NCBI RefSeq assembly: GCF_001194135.2
Contig: NC_069003.1
Location: forward strand, 31,344,268-31,386,565
Source of the DNA: Octopus bimaculoides
Lineage: Eukaryota
DNA: 42,298 bases
Direction: 5' to 3'
Shown one piece after another: positions 1-10,276 of the stretch. Each line of letters starts with the position of its first letter. Within the stretch, counting starts at the first letter, position 1. A program made the translations under genes and the position numbers. The notes below the pieces were generated by a model, which saw nothing but the letters and a program-made list of their open reading frames with translations, made no database searches and had not been told where the DNA came from.

Positions 1-37
<37 letters not shown>

Positions 38-160
38 CATACATTTATATGCATATATTACATTTGTGTGTGTATGCATGTGTGTGTGCTTATATATACA
101 TATATAGATAGTTATATATAGAGAGAGATACATAATTATATGCAAACACATGCACACACA
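1..160. repeat. (AT)n/(GT)n/(AC)n compound microsatellite
   Basis: Direct dinucleotide runs at the window start. Confidence 0.9.
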
Positions 161-637
161 TTATATATTTTGTATAAACACACTTATGGATGAGTACATG
201 TCTGTAAACATGTAATGAATATATATGTTAATGATGTTTCAATCTTACTGAGTTATTCATCAGATTTATTTATTATTTATTCTCATGTGGAAGAATTCCA
301 TCTCAATTCAATAAAATATCAAACTATTCGTTAATTAATGTTCAGTCTGGTGCTTTAGCAGCTATCAATTCGATCTACTTTCCTGTTATCACCTGTTCCG
401 TTGCCGGAGAATTTTCGCTGCATCAAAAATGGAAACAAACTCATGCTTTACAGTTGCCAGAGTCAAAAAGACTTTGTTCTGTCAATTGTTTTAATATTGT
501 GAGATAATGAAAGAGCTTCTACGTGAGCACTTGGTATGCTAGAAATAGCAGTCAAATAAGCTTCAGATAACGCATACTGCTGTTTTAAAAAATTAAACAG
601 AATTACATATTAGTCATTATCATCATCATCATCAGAA

Positions 638-830
638 AATCCACTCGCAAGGCCTGGGGCTATAGCAGAAGACACTTCTCCAAGTTGTCACATGGTGGGA
701 CTGAATACAAGACAGTGTAGTTTGGAAGCAAGCTTCTTACCACATAGCCATGCTTGTACACACATATGTGTGCATAGACACACACACACATGCATACATA
801 AACATATATATATATATATATATATATATA
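638..830 (-). mobile_element. SINE family 1, partial copy running into gap
   Basis: Reverse complement of the family-1 head (ggctatagcagaagacactt...aagcttcttaccacatagcc) followed by AC/AT repeats. Confidence 0.8.
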
Positions 831-1078
831 NNNNNNNNNNNNNNNNNNNNNNNNNNNNNNNNNNNNNNNNNNNNNNNNNNNNNNNNNNNNNNNNNNNNNN
901 NNNNNNNNNNNNNNNNNNNNNNNNNNNNNNNNNNNNNNNNNNNNNNNNNNNNNNNNNNNNNNNNNNNNNNNNNNNNNNNNNNNNNNNNNNNNNNNNNNNN
1001 NNNNNNNNNNNNNNNNNNNNNNNNNNNNNNNNNNNNNNNNNNNNNNNNNNNNNNNNNNNNNNNNNNNNNNNNNNNNNN
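831..1078. other. Assembly gap (N run)
   Basis: Run of N. Confidence 1.
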
Positions 1079-1186
1079 TGGAATAATTTGATTTGGTAAC
1101 TTTATAGACTTCCAATGTAAACTTATACCAACTACACTTCATTTTATTTTATATTTATTTTTTTATTTTATTTTTTTTTCAGGATA

Positions 1187-1595
1187 GGCGCAGGAGTGGT
1201 TATGTGGTAAATAGCTTGCTTATCAATCACATGGTTCCGGGCTCAGTCCCACTGCATGGCACCTTGGCCAAGTGTTTTCTACTATAGCCTCGGGCCGACC
1301 AAAGCCTTGTGAGTGGATTTGGTAGACAGAAACTGAAAGAAGCCCGTTGTATATATGTATATATATGTGTGTGTGTGTGTGTATGTGTGTGCATGTATAT
1401 GTTTGTCTGTGTTTGTCCCCACCCAACATCGCTTAACAACCGATGCTGGTGTGTTTATGTTCAGCAAAAGAGACCGATAGAATAAGTACTAGGCTTACAA
1501 AAAATAAGTCCTGGAGTCAATTTGCTCGACTAAAGGCGGTGCTCCAGCATGGCCGCAGTCAAATGACTGAAACAAGTAAAAGAGTAAAAGAGTAA
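1187..1595 (+). mobile_element. tRNA-derived SINE family 1, full-length copy (most abundant family, more than 20 fragments in window)
   Basis: Head GGCGCAGGAGTGGTTATGTGGTAA with box-B-like GGCTCAGTCCC, ccttggccaagtg core, central (AT)/(GT) microsatellite, tail gctccagcatggccgcagtc...gaaacaagtaaaagagtaaaagag; the same blocks recur throughout the window. Confidence 0.92.
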
Positions 1596-1789
1596 ATTGT
1601 GGAAACATATTCCTCATAAAATACTAATTTAACCATTCCTTTGGGAATTGCTCAGTCTGTAAATGGATTTCCATCACAGAATTCCTAACTGACCTCAATT
1701 TCTATTTGGATTTATGATAATTTAATAGGTTCTTTTCATACGCTGACAGCATGGGAAAATGTTAGTTTTGAAAAGATCAACTATAGATA

Positions 1790-2200
1790 CAGGCATGGGT
1801 GTGAGCATAAGTGTCATAGTTGCTCTACAATCAGAAGTTTACTTCCCAACCATATGGTTCTGGGTTCAGTCCCACTGCTTGGCATTTGTGACACATGTCT
1901 TTTACTCTAGCTCCTGGCCAACCAAACCATTGTGAGCAGCTTTAGTGGAAGGAAACTGAAAGAAGCCCTTCATGTGTGCATGTGTGTTTGTGTTTGTATT
2001 TGTCCCCTACCACCACCTGACAAATGGTGTCGGTTTGTTTACAACCCCATAACTTATCCGTTCAGCTTTAGAGATCGATAGAATAAATACCAAGTTTTAA
2101 AAATATGTAAATACTGGGCTTGATTTGTTTAACTGAAATCCATCAAGACAGTGCACCAGCATGGCCACAGTCCAGTGACTGAAACAAGTAAAAGATAAAT
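1790..2200 (+). mobile_element. SINE family 1, diverged copy
   Basis: Same head, core and tail blocks as 1187-1595. Confidence 0.85.
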
Positions 2201-2384
2201 GATAAATTGTGTGTGCATGTGTGTGTGACCTTTTGGACAAACAAGATATTGATTTCCAAATTTGGCACAAGGCCAGCATTTCAGAGAAGCAATGAAGTCA
2301 ATTACATCAACCTCCAGTACTCAGCTGGTACTTATTTTATCGACCCAGGAAGGATGACAGGCACAGTTGAAATCATGATTGAAC

Positions 2385-2792
2385 CAAATTCGATGACTGG
2401 CACCCGTGCCAATGGAGTGCTAACAGCACCATCCAAGCATGATCATTGCCAGAACAGCTGTCTGGCTTCCGTGCAGATGGTATGTAAAAAGCACCATTTG
2501 AGCGTGATCGTTACCAGCGTTGCCTTACTGGGACTTGTGCTGGTGGCACATGGAAAAACATTCAAGCGAGGTCATTGCCAGTGCCACTGGACTGGCTCCT
2601 GTGCAGGTGGCACATAAAAAACACCATTTTAAGCATGGCCGTTGCCAGTACCGCTTGACTGGCCCTCATGCCGGTGGCATGTAAAAGCACCCACTACACT
2701 CTCGGAGTGGTTGGCGTTAGGAAGGGCATCCAGCTGTAGAAACTCTACCAGATCAGATTGGAGCCTGGTGCAGCCCGATGATGATGATGATG
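2385..2792 (+). mobile_element. Repeat family 4 (LINE-tail/SINE-like) with internal ~65-bp tandem array and (GAT)n tail
   Basis: Units start at 2405, 2470, 2536, 2600, 2667, then ggttggcgttaggaagggcatccagctgtagaaac and (GAT)n. Relatives at 14747-14932(-), ~24815-25000(+), ~30085-30330(-), ~31199-31520(-), ~37405-37545(+). Confidence 0.85.
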
Positions 2793-2937
2793 TGCCAGAG
2801 AAGTGACTTATGGCAACATTTAACTGCAGATTTCACAAAAGAGCTTTCTAGAGTATACAACATTATAACAACTCCATTAGTTGACAATTTCTCAAGTACA
2901 GAACGTGTCTACAATTAAATATTGACTCCTTCAAATT

Positions 2938-3215
2938 ATGGCTGAAATTACAATGATTTTCACGCTTCAGACATTACTATATTCATCAGTGTCATTAAAA
3001 TAAATCAATCCTCTTACATTAAAAGGTAATTCTACGAAGACCTTTGATGAATTTATAATTCAGTTTGAAATATATCTCCGACTTATAATGCCAGAAAAGA
3101 ATGGTAAACTAGATTTATTTCTGTTATGTATGGGAGACGCAACAGCTGGTTTCAATAATAAAATAGAATGGTCTGGAATTATACAAGGCCCTAAGATGGC
3201 ATTACATATGACTCA
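2938..3215 (+). pseudogene. Gag-like relic of a Ty3/gypsy LTR retrotransposon
   Basis: Manual translation MAEITMIFTLQTLLYSSVSLK*INPLTLKGNSTKTFDEFIIQFEIYLRLIMPEKNGKLDLFLLCMGDA resembles gypsy capsid N-termini (P..F.G...F.EF..QFE.Y...K..L.L..LG..A); lies just upstream of clear pol relics. Confidence 0.5.
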
Positions 3216-3217
3216 AG

Positions 3218-3497
3218 GGTGAAAGTTGACCCAATCAATGGAACAGCCAGCTCATGAAATTAACATGCAAGTGGCTGAGTACTCCACAGATACACGTAAC
3301 CATAATGTAGATCTCAGGGAAATCCAGTGTGACAAAGAATGTGATGAGGTTGGTCCTTTGAAATACAGGTACCACTCATTTTCTCCAACTGAGTGGATGA
3401 GAGCAACATCAAATAAAGTGTTTGAACACAACACACCACCAGGTATTGAACTCATGACCTTACTGTCATGAACCAATTTCCCTAACCACTTAGCCAC
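3218..3497 (-). mobile_element. tRNA-derived SINE family 3, interrupting the gypsy relic
   Basis: Minus strand gtggctaagtggttagg (box A)...gagttcaatacc (box B)...cactttatttgatgttgctctcatccactcag. Confidence 0.8.
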
Positions 3498-3537
3498 ATG
3501 CTTTCACTGATGTAATTAAGCAGGTGAAACACAAGTA

Positions 3538-4060
3538 TTGCAGTGGCTTTGTTATCTGTTCTGTCACCCAATTCTTGAAACAGATGCATTTTCAGTATTA
3601 TCTTTTGTTCCAGTGAAAAATTGGCAACCAATTTGCTTTTATTCCCATACATTGAATGACATTGTAAGGAAATGGTCAGCTACGATGCTAAAAGTTCTTA
3701 CAATTGCAAGAAAACTGTGACCTACAAGCGCAAAATTTAAACATGTCACAAATCAACAAATTTCCTTGTTGATAGTTGGAGATTATACCATTCGGAATTA
3801 TTCTCACACGAACTATATTACTGTCTGAGAGGAGAGAATTTGGTTGGAGGTGGAGATGTCTTAAGTAGAATTTCTGTAAGTCTTAAAGATATTGAATGTG
3901 TGCCAAAAGATGAACAGACAACGGAGAACAAAGAAAATTCATGAAGAGGTGGGACACCCTGGCAAAGATAGACGAAATAATTATATGAAAAGATTCAATT
4001 TTAATAACTTGTAGAAAGACATAACAGATAAAATTAGATTGTGTGATATATATAATGTAA
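3538..4060 (+). pseudogene. Ty3/gypsy pol relic: RNase H plus integrase zinc-binding (HHCC) region
   Basis: PILETDAFSVLSFVPVKNWQPICFYSHTLNDIVRKWSATMLKVLTIARKL*PTSAKFKHVTNQQ, then after a frameshift WRLYHSELFSHELYYCLRGENLVGGGDVLSR, then after a second shift IHEEVGHPGKDRRNNYMKRFNFNNL*KDITDKIRLCDIY. Matches gypsy motifs ETDAS, PIAFYS..L..AE..YS..E, F...TDH, W...L.EF...I.Y..G..N..AD.LSR and H...GHPG...C..C in correct order. Confidence 0.85.
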
Positions 4061-4292
4061 GGTTGAAGTTTCATGTCATCGAATTGCAAGTGTCCAACTT
4101 TAATAATCAACAAAATCTTGGCAGTGATTGCCACTCGTTATTATAAGACCTAAACTAATTATTGAGCAAGTCTTTACATTTTTGAAATTACCCAATAGGT
4201 TTACACAGATGCCTGAGTGCTGGCCTGGCTGTGTGGTTAAGGTGCTTGCTTCACAACCATGAGGTTTTGGGTTCAGTCCTACTGTGCAGCAC

Positions 4293-4548
4293 CTATAGCA
4301 CCACAAACCATGATGCTTGGCCACCCCATGCATCTTTCTCCATGACACATGCGTCTCTGTAGCATTCACCCTCTCCTACACCACATCTTCACTCTGCCAT
4401 CCGAGGTGGAAACGCAGTACCGGCTCTTGTCAGAGAAGACAACCGACCTCCATCGTTGGTGCCACCAATGACGGTGCTGTGTAGCCCACTGTAGACATGC
4501 CTGACGGTGATGGGCAGTGAGGACAGGCCCTCAAGCAGGACGATGGCA
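4293..4548 (-). pseudogene. Tc1-family transposase fragment
   Basis: Minus strand CHRPA*GPVLTAHHRQACLQWATQHRHWWHQRWRSVVFSDKSRYCVSTSDGRVKMWCRRG, then with frameshifts ECYRDACVMEKDAWGG / PSIMVCGAIG; matches Tc1 HR..RL.WA..H..W....W..V.FSDESRF and GG.SIMVWGAI (first catalytic Asp present). Confidence 0.88.
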
Positions 4549-4567
4549 ACGAAATACCACTAAGCAT

Positions 4568-4783
4568 TCTTTTCTACTTTAGGCACAAGGCCTGAAATTT
4601 TGGGGGAGGGGGGGCAGTCGATTAGATCGACCCCAGTACGCAACTGGTACTTAATTTATCGGCCCTGAAAGGATGAAAGACAAAGTCGACCTCAGTGGAA
4701 TTTGAACTCAGAACATAAAGATAGACGGAATACAGTAAGCATTTCGCCCGGCATTCTAACGTTTCTGCCAGCTCGCCGCCTTA
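4568..4783 (-). mobile_element. SINE family 2, full-length copy
   Basis: Reverse complement of ctggcagaa...ccgggcgaaatgctta...ctgagttcaaattcc...ggggtcgatctaatcgac...ccttgtgccta..gtagaaaag. Confidence 0.9.
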
Positions 4784-4815
4784 AAGGCTTAAAATATTGC
4801 AGCTAAAATAAAATT

Positions 4816-5118
4816 GGTGGAGGTGCAATGGCCCAGTGGTTAGGGGCAGTGGACTCACGGTCGGAGAATCGCGGTTTCGATTCCCAGACCTGGTGTTGCG
4901 TGTGTTTATTGAGCGCAAACACCTAAAGCTCCATGAGGCCCCAGGAGGGGGTGGTGGCGACCCCTGTTGTACTCTTTCATCCCAACTTTCTCTCACTCTT
5001 TCTTCCTGTTTCTTGAGTAATGCTGCGATGGACTGGCGTCTCGTCCAGCTGGGGGGAACACATACGTCATAGAAACCGGGAAACCAGGTCCATGAGCTTT
5101 AAAAAGGAAAAAATTAAA
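4816..5118 (+). mobile_element. tRNA(Arg-like)-headed SINE with A-rich tail and 11-bp target-site duplication
   Basis: Box A tggcccagtgg, box B ggtttcgattcc, A-rich tail; AAAATAAAATT at 4805-4815 and 5119-5129. Confidence 0.88.
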
Positions 5119-5129
5119 AAAATAAAATT

Positions 5130-5730
5130 TGAACGATTTGCCAATTAAATAACATATTCAAATAAGCCATGCTATTCAAAACTGATCAGCCATCTTTCAC
5201 CCAAGAAGTAAAGAAAAGAGCTTGCAATATTGCAGCTAAATATAAAATTCAATAAAAGCAATCTGATGCTTTATCCTAAATTCCCACGTATCAAAGAAAA
5301 ATTGTTTTAAGATTTTTGAAATAGAGATTCATTTTTATTTATTTCTGCATTTATTTGAGGGAAACTTAGATTTACCTGACAGTAAAATGAAATGACAAAC
5401 AGTTAACTAAATGAAAATTAAAAGTAAAGTAAAATATTTTTCGTCAAATATAAAACAAAGAATACATTTGATTACTTTACTATTATCAAACATTTAATTT
5501 ATTTACCTGCTTTCTTTACATTTGTTAAAAATTTTAGTAAATAAAAAAAACATTTAACTACTTATGTTACAAAATATGGCAGTTATCACTTTATTTTCAT
5601 ATATCAAAAAAATCTAAAATTTATTTACAGTCAAGCTTAGCAATAATGAAATAATTTGGCTGAAAGATGGCTGATCAGTATTGAATGGCGTAACTTATTT
5701 GAATATTTTATTTAATTGTCAACCCATTCA
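5130..5730. mobile_element. Foldback/MITE-like element with ~75-bp inverted arms
   Basis: 5130-5204 is an imperfect inverted repeat of 5656-5730 with a perfect 19-bp core (actgatcagccatctttca / tgaaagatggctgatcagt). Confidence 0.7.
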
Positions 5731-5974
5731 TGATGGGTTTTTTTTAGGAAAATAATGGTGATAAAGTAGGGAAAAAAGAACATTTGTAGATAGTACATAT
5801 AATGGTTCAAATGGTACTGCATGGGAGTGGGGCCCATGTGGCCATTTTCATTTTTTTCATTATTATATAATTTCATCTCATTTACATTCGTTTTATGTTT
5901 TTTGTCTCCACTGTAGTCTTGTCTGTCCTTGTGGTGTCCGCATCTGTGTTTAGGGCTTTATGCCTAATAAAGAA

Positions 5975-6343
5975 ATTGTGTCTGTGAATATATTCCTTCT
6001 TAGCCAGGACTGGGCAGCCAGAGATAATATGATTTATTGTTTCTTGTCCATCTCCACATATTCTGCAGTTACTTGTTATGTTTCTTTTCATAATATGTTT
6101 TTGGTAATTTCTGGTGGGGAGGCTTTGGTCTTGTGCTGCAATTAAAAATTCTTCAGTTTCTGCTTTGAGTCCTGAGCTTCTCAACCATTGCTGGGATTTT
6201 TCTCTGTCTATTTCTTTTGCATTTAGTTTAGCTCAGTATTTGCCATGAAGGGGCCTTTCTTGCCATCATTTTATCATGGTCCATTGCTGTTCTAGTTTTA
6301 GTTTGGATTTCATTTGTTTTATAGCTTTTGTTGTTTCTTCTTC

Positions 6344-6344
<1 letters not shown>
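5975..6344 (-). pseudogene. R4/Dong-like non-LTR retrotransposon fragment (post-RT region and CCHC zinc knuckle)
   Basis: WQERPLHGKY*AKLNAKEIDREKSQQWLRSSGLKAETEEFLIAAQDQSLPTRNY...CRICGDGQETINHIISGCPVLAKKEYIHRHN; the W...PLHG, ETE..I.A.QDQ...TRNY and CR.C...ET..HI.SGC..LA...Y..RHN motifs are typical of restriction-like-endonuclease elements of the R4 clade. Two in-frame TGA stops. Confidence 0.85.
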
Positions 6345-6396
<52 letters not shown>

Positions 6397-6607
6397 GACA
6401 AAGAACTGGCAGAATGGTTAGTACGCTGGACAAAATGCTTAGCGGTATTTCACCCGTTGTAATGTTCTCAGTTCAAATTCTGCCGAGGTCAACTTTGGCT
6501 TTCATCTCTTCGGAATCGATAAAATAAGTACCACTTGAACACCAGGGTCGATGTAATCGACTCATTCCCTTCCCCAAAATTGCTACTCTTGTAGCAAAAT
6601 TTGAAAC

Positions 6608-6678
<71 letters not shown>

Positions 6679-6680
6679 TA
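6345..6680 (+). mobile_element. (TTA)17 + SINE family 2 copy (6396-6610) + (TTA)n/(CTA)n
   Basis: Family-2 motifs flanked on both sides by trinucleotide runs. Confidence 0.85.
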
Positions 6681-7347
6681 AAAGAAATCGTTGTGATTAT
6701 TATCTTGGCAGAAATAACATACGAATTATAGGCGATAATATAGCTTATCGTCAAAACCCTTCTTATGGAAAGGTCACACGCATTCATATATATCCCGTTT
6801 CTTATCATCTATTCAAATATAACTTTCAATAGCAAACAGATCTGTGTGTGTACACTTTAGGTTTACACATACGCACATTTAGCTTTAAATCAATTCAAAC
6901 AGTCCGCCTTGATAGACCCGTTTGTGAACGATATATCTATGTAAATATTGACATTCTCTCGAAACTAAAACAGCAAGTTCTCTTTATCATACCCTCAAGA
7001 GTCGACAAAATAGTAATGTAACGGCCCACACACTGTAATTAAATTCAAACTGCCACACCCATTCTGTGAAAAAAAAAAGAAAAAAAAACTGACCCTATTT
7101 TCCGTCAAATGTGTTTTTTTAACATTTTGGCTGGTAGAAAAGGAAATTAGAAGAGAAAAAAGCCATATGAAACTGCTTTGAAACCATAATGGGATATAAA
7201 TTTAATGTGAAGGTAAGTTGTATTATTTTAGTTTATTCTTTTATTCTCATACAGGATGATTTGTAATTCTATAGAAATTTGTTTGTCAGTAGCACGATAA
7301 AAAGACATAATGGGATATTCTGAGTACTCATTAAAACACTTTTATTT

Positions 7348-8251
7348 NNNNNNNNNNNNNNNNNNNNNNNNNNNNNNNNNNNNNNNNNNNNNNNNNNNNN
7401 NNNNNNNNNNNNNNNNNNNNNNNNNNNNNNNNNNNNNNNNNNNNNNNNNNNNNNNNNNNNNNNNNNNNNNNNNNNNNNNNNNNNNNNNNNNNNNNNNNNN
7501 NNNNNNNNNNNNNNNNNNNNNNNNNNNNNNNNNNNNNNNNNNNNNNNNNNNNNNNNNNNNNNNNNNNNNNNNNNNNNNNNNNNNNNNNNNNNNNNNNNNN
7601 NNNNNNNNNNNNNNNNNNNNNNNNNNNNNNNNNNNNNNNNNNNNNNNNNNNNNNNNNNNNNNNNNNNNNNNNNNNNNNNNNNNNNNNNNNNNNNNNNNNN
7701 NNNNNNNNNNNNNNNNNNNNNNNNNNNNNNNNNNNNNNNNNNNNNNNNNNNNNNNNNNNNNNNNNNNNNNNNNNNNNNNNNNNNNNNNNNNNNNNNNNNN
7801 NNNNNNNNNNNNNNNNNNNNNNNNNNNNNNNNNNNNNNNNNNNNNNNNNNNNNNNNNNNNNNNNNNNNNNNNNNNNNNNNNNNNNNNNNNNNNNNNNNNN
7901 NNNNNNNNNNNNNNNNNNNNNNNNNNNNNNNNNNNNNNNNNNNNNNNNNNNNNNNNNNNNNNNNNNNNNNNNNNNNNNNNNNNNNNNNNNNNNNNNNNNN
8001 NNNNNNNNNNNNNNNNNNNNNNNNNNNNNNNNNNNNNNNNNNNNNNNNNNNNNNNNNNNNNNNNNNNNNNNNNNNNNNNNNNNNNNNNNNNNNNNNNNNN
8101 NNNNNNNNNNNNNNNNNNNNNNNNNNNNNNNNNNNNNNNNNNNNNNNNNNNNNNNNNNNNNNNNNNNNNNNNNNNNNNNNNNNNNNNNNNNNNNNNNNNN
8201 NNNNNNNNNNNNNNNNNNNNNNNNNNNNNNNNNNNNNNNNNGCCGAACGGG
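7348..8251. other. Assembly gap (N run)
   Basis: Run of N. Confidence 1.
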
Positions 8252-8253
8252 TG

Positions 8254-9110
8254 TAAATGTGTGGCAAAATGGTTTGCTTCTCAACCACATGACTCTAGGT
8301 TCAGTTCTACTATATAGCACCTTTGGTTAAGCATTATCTGCTACAGCCTCAGTTCAATCCAAAGCTTTGCGACTGGATTAGGTAGACGGAAACTGAAAGA
8401 AGCTTGTTGTGTGTGTGTGTGTGTGTGTGTGTGCGTGCGTGCGTACGTGCGTGTGTGTGTGTGCGTGCATGCGTGCGTGTGTGTGTGTGTGTGTGTATAC
8501 ACACACTGGCTGTGTAGTAAGAAGCTTGCTTCCCAACCACATGATGCCAGGTTCAGTCCCACTGCATGGCACTTTTGACAGATGTCTTCTACTATAGCTT
8601 TGGATCAACCAAAGCCTTGTGAGTGGATCTGGTAGACGGAAACTGAAAGAAGCCTGTCGTATATATATAGTTGTTTATTCTTTTATATACATACATGGTG
8701 TCCATAGATTATCATTGCAATTTGAAAAATTCAGCATGTTGCATGCAACTACTGGAGACCACGTGGAAGTCTTTTCATGTTTCTAAAAAAATTTTAGGGG
8801 CTAATGCACTCACAAGGCTTTGGTCGGCCCAAGGCTATAGCAGAAGACACTTGCCCAAGGTGCCACGCAGTGGGACTGAACCCGGAACCATGTGGTTGGT
8901 AAGCAAGCTACTTACCACACAGCCACTCCTCTGTTTTTTCACTGCTGCTTGACAATAAGGTGTTGGTTTCTCTATGCTCCTGTTAACTTAGCAGTTCATC
9001 AAAAGGGACCAAAAAACAAGGCAGTCAATTCATTTGACTTAAACCTTCAAGATAGTGCTTCAGCATGGCCACAATCTAACGACTGACAAAATCAAAAGAA
9101 AAGATAAGAT
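8254..9110. mobile_element. Cluster of SINE family 1 pieces: two + heads (8254-8470, 8508-8670), one - head (8807-8924), one + tail (8935-9110)
   Basis: Family-1 motifs in alternating orientation. Confidence 0.85.
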
Positions 9111-9539
9111 ATGTTTTTAAGGAAGGGAATTGTGTATATTTCACAAGTCTAGTATTATTTGATCTGATACAATGGCCACTCCAAATTGTTACTGTTTAGG
9201 AGATGAAACAAGAAAGCCTGCCAGTAATTTCTTAGTCGTTATACTACAATGGCTCAAACAATGCTTTCTTTGTTAAGTCGGTGGATAGGATTTAATGATG
9301 TTCATGTTTGTTGTTCTGGTTTCTGTTTATATTTAGTTTTGGTTTCATGATTCTATGAAGGACCATCATTGAAATGCCAGCCAAAGTCAAAGTTGTTAGG
9401 TTAGCCTACAGGTAGTAGAGTGTGCTACTTTGCAAAACTGCATACCATTCTTTTTTTGCTGTCTTTTTTTTTTTTTTGATTCTTAATTTAGGTTAATTTC
9501 TACTTTAAAACTTGAGCTTTTAAAAGTAAGTATCCTATC

Positions 9540-9810
9540 GAATGGTGTGGTTTCATGGTAAGAAATTTGCTTCCCGGCCACATGGTTCTTGGTTCAGTCC
9601 TACTGCATGGGACTCTAGGGCAAGTGTCTTCTACTATATCCTCAGGCCAACCCAAAGCCTTGTGAGTGGATTTAGTTGGCAGAAACTGAAAGAAGACCAC
9701 CATGTGTGTGAGTGTTTGCACCCCACCACCACATAAAAACTGGTGTTGGTTTGTATGTGTCCCCTGTAACTTAGCAGTTTGGTGAAAGAGAATGATAAAA
9801 TAAGTATCAA
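9540..9810 (+). mobile_element. SINE family 1, truncated
   Basis: Head and central motifs present. Confidence 0.8.
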
Positions 9811-10276
9811 ACCTGTTATTTTACTAATATCAATTTTCCCCTAATTTCAAATATTCTACTGCAAAATCACATTATTTTTCCTCATTGTTTCTAGATGATT
9901 CCATTATGGAATCTTTAAGATATATATAAAAGTACTCGACAAAGAAATGAGCTTTCTAACAAGATACACATTATGTTGCATTCTATTCTTGTAACATTGT
10001 TTGGTGTGTATCTGTGTGAGACATATTTAATTCCATATTCTAACCACAATGAAGATGATGGGGATAATGATATTGTTCATCATCATAGTCATTGATTACA
10101 AGTCCAGCAAGGCCACGGGTCCCACATGGCCACAAGTCCCATGTGGCATGAGCCCTGTGTGGCTGCAAGTCCTGCTCGGTAAAGCTGGAGCAAATCATCA
10201 GTAAAAGCAGACACTTTTCTATTTAGACCTGAAATTTATTTACCTCATACAAAATATACAACACATTAACTTATTC

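Noticed and set aside
330-520. Short open frames on both strands in CpG-containing unique sequence
   Set aside because: No recognisable motif and weak splice sites.
660-1142. ORFs of 113-160 aa
   Set aside because: They span an N gap and microsatellites.
7213-7254. Apparent GT-AG intron
   Set aside because: Only 42 nt, too short to accept; downstream frames close quickly.
7269-8320. ORFs of 329-339 aa
   Set aside because: Almost entirely N.
9330-9420. Possible start exon MPAKVKVV(R) with AG|GTTAGC donor
   Set aside because: Too short to distinguish from chance; no homology recognised.
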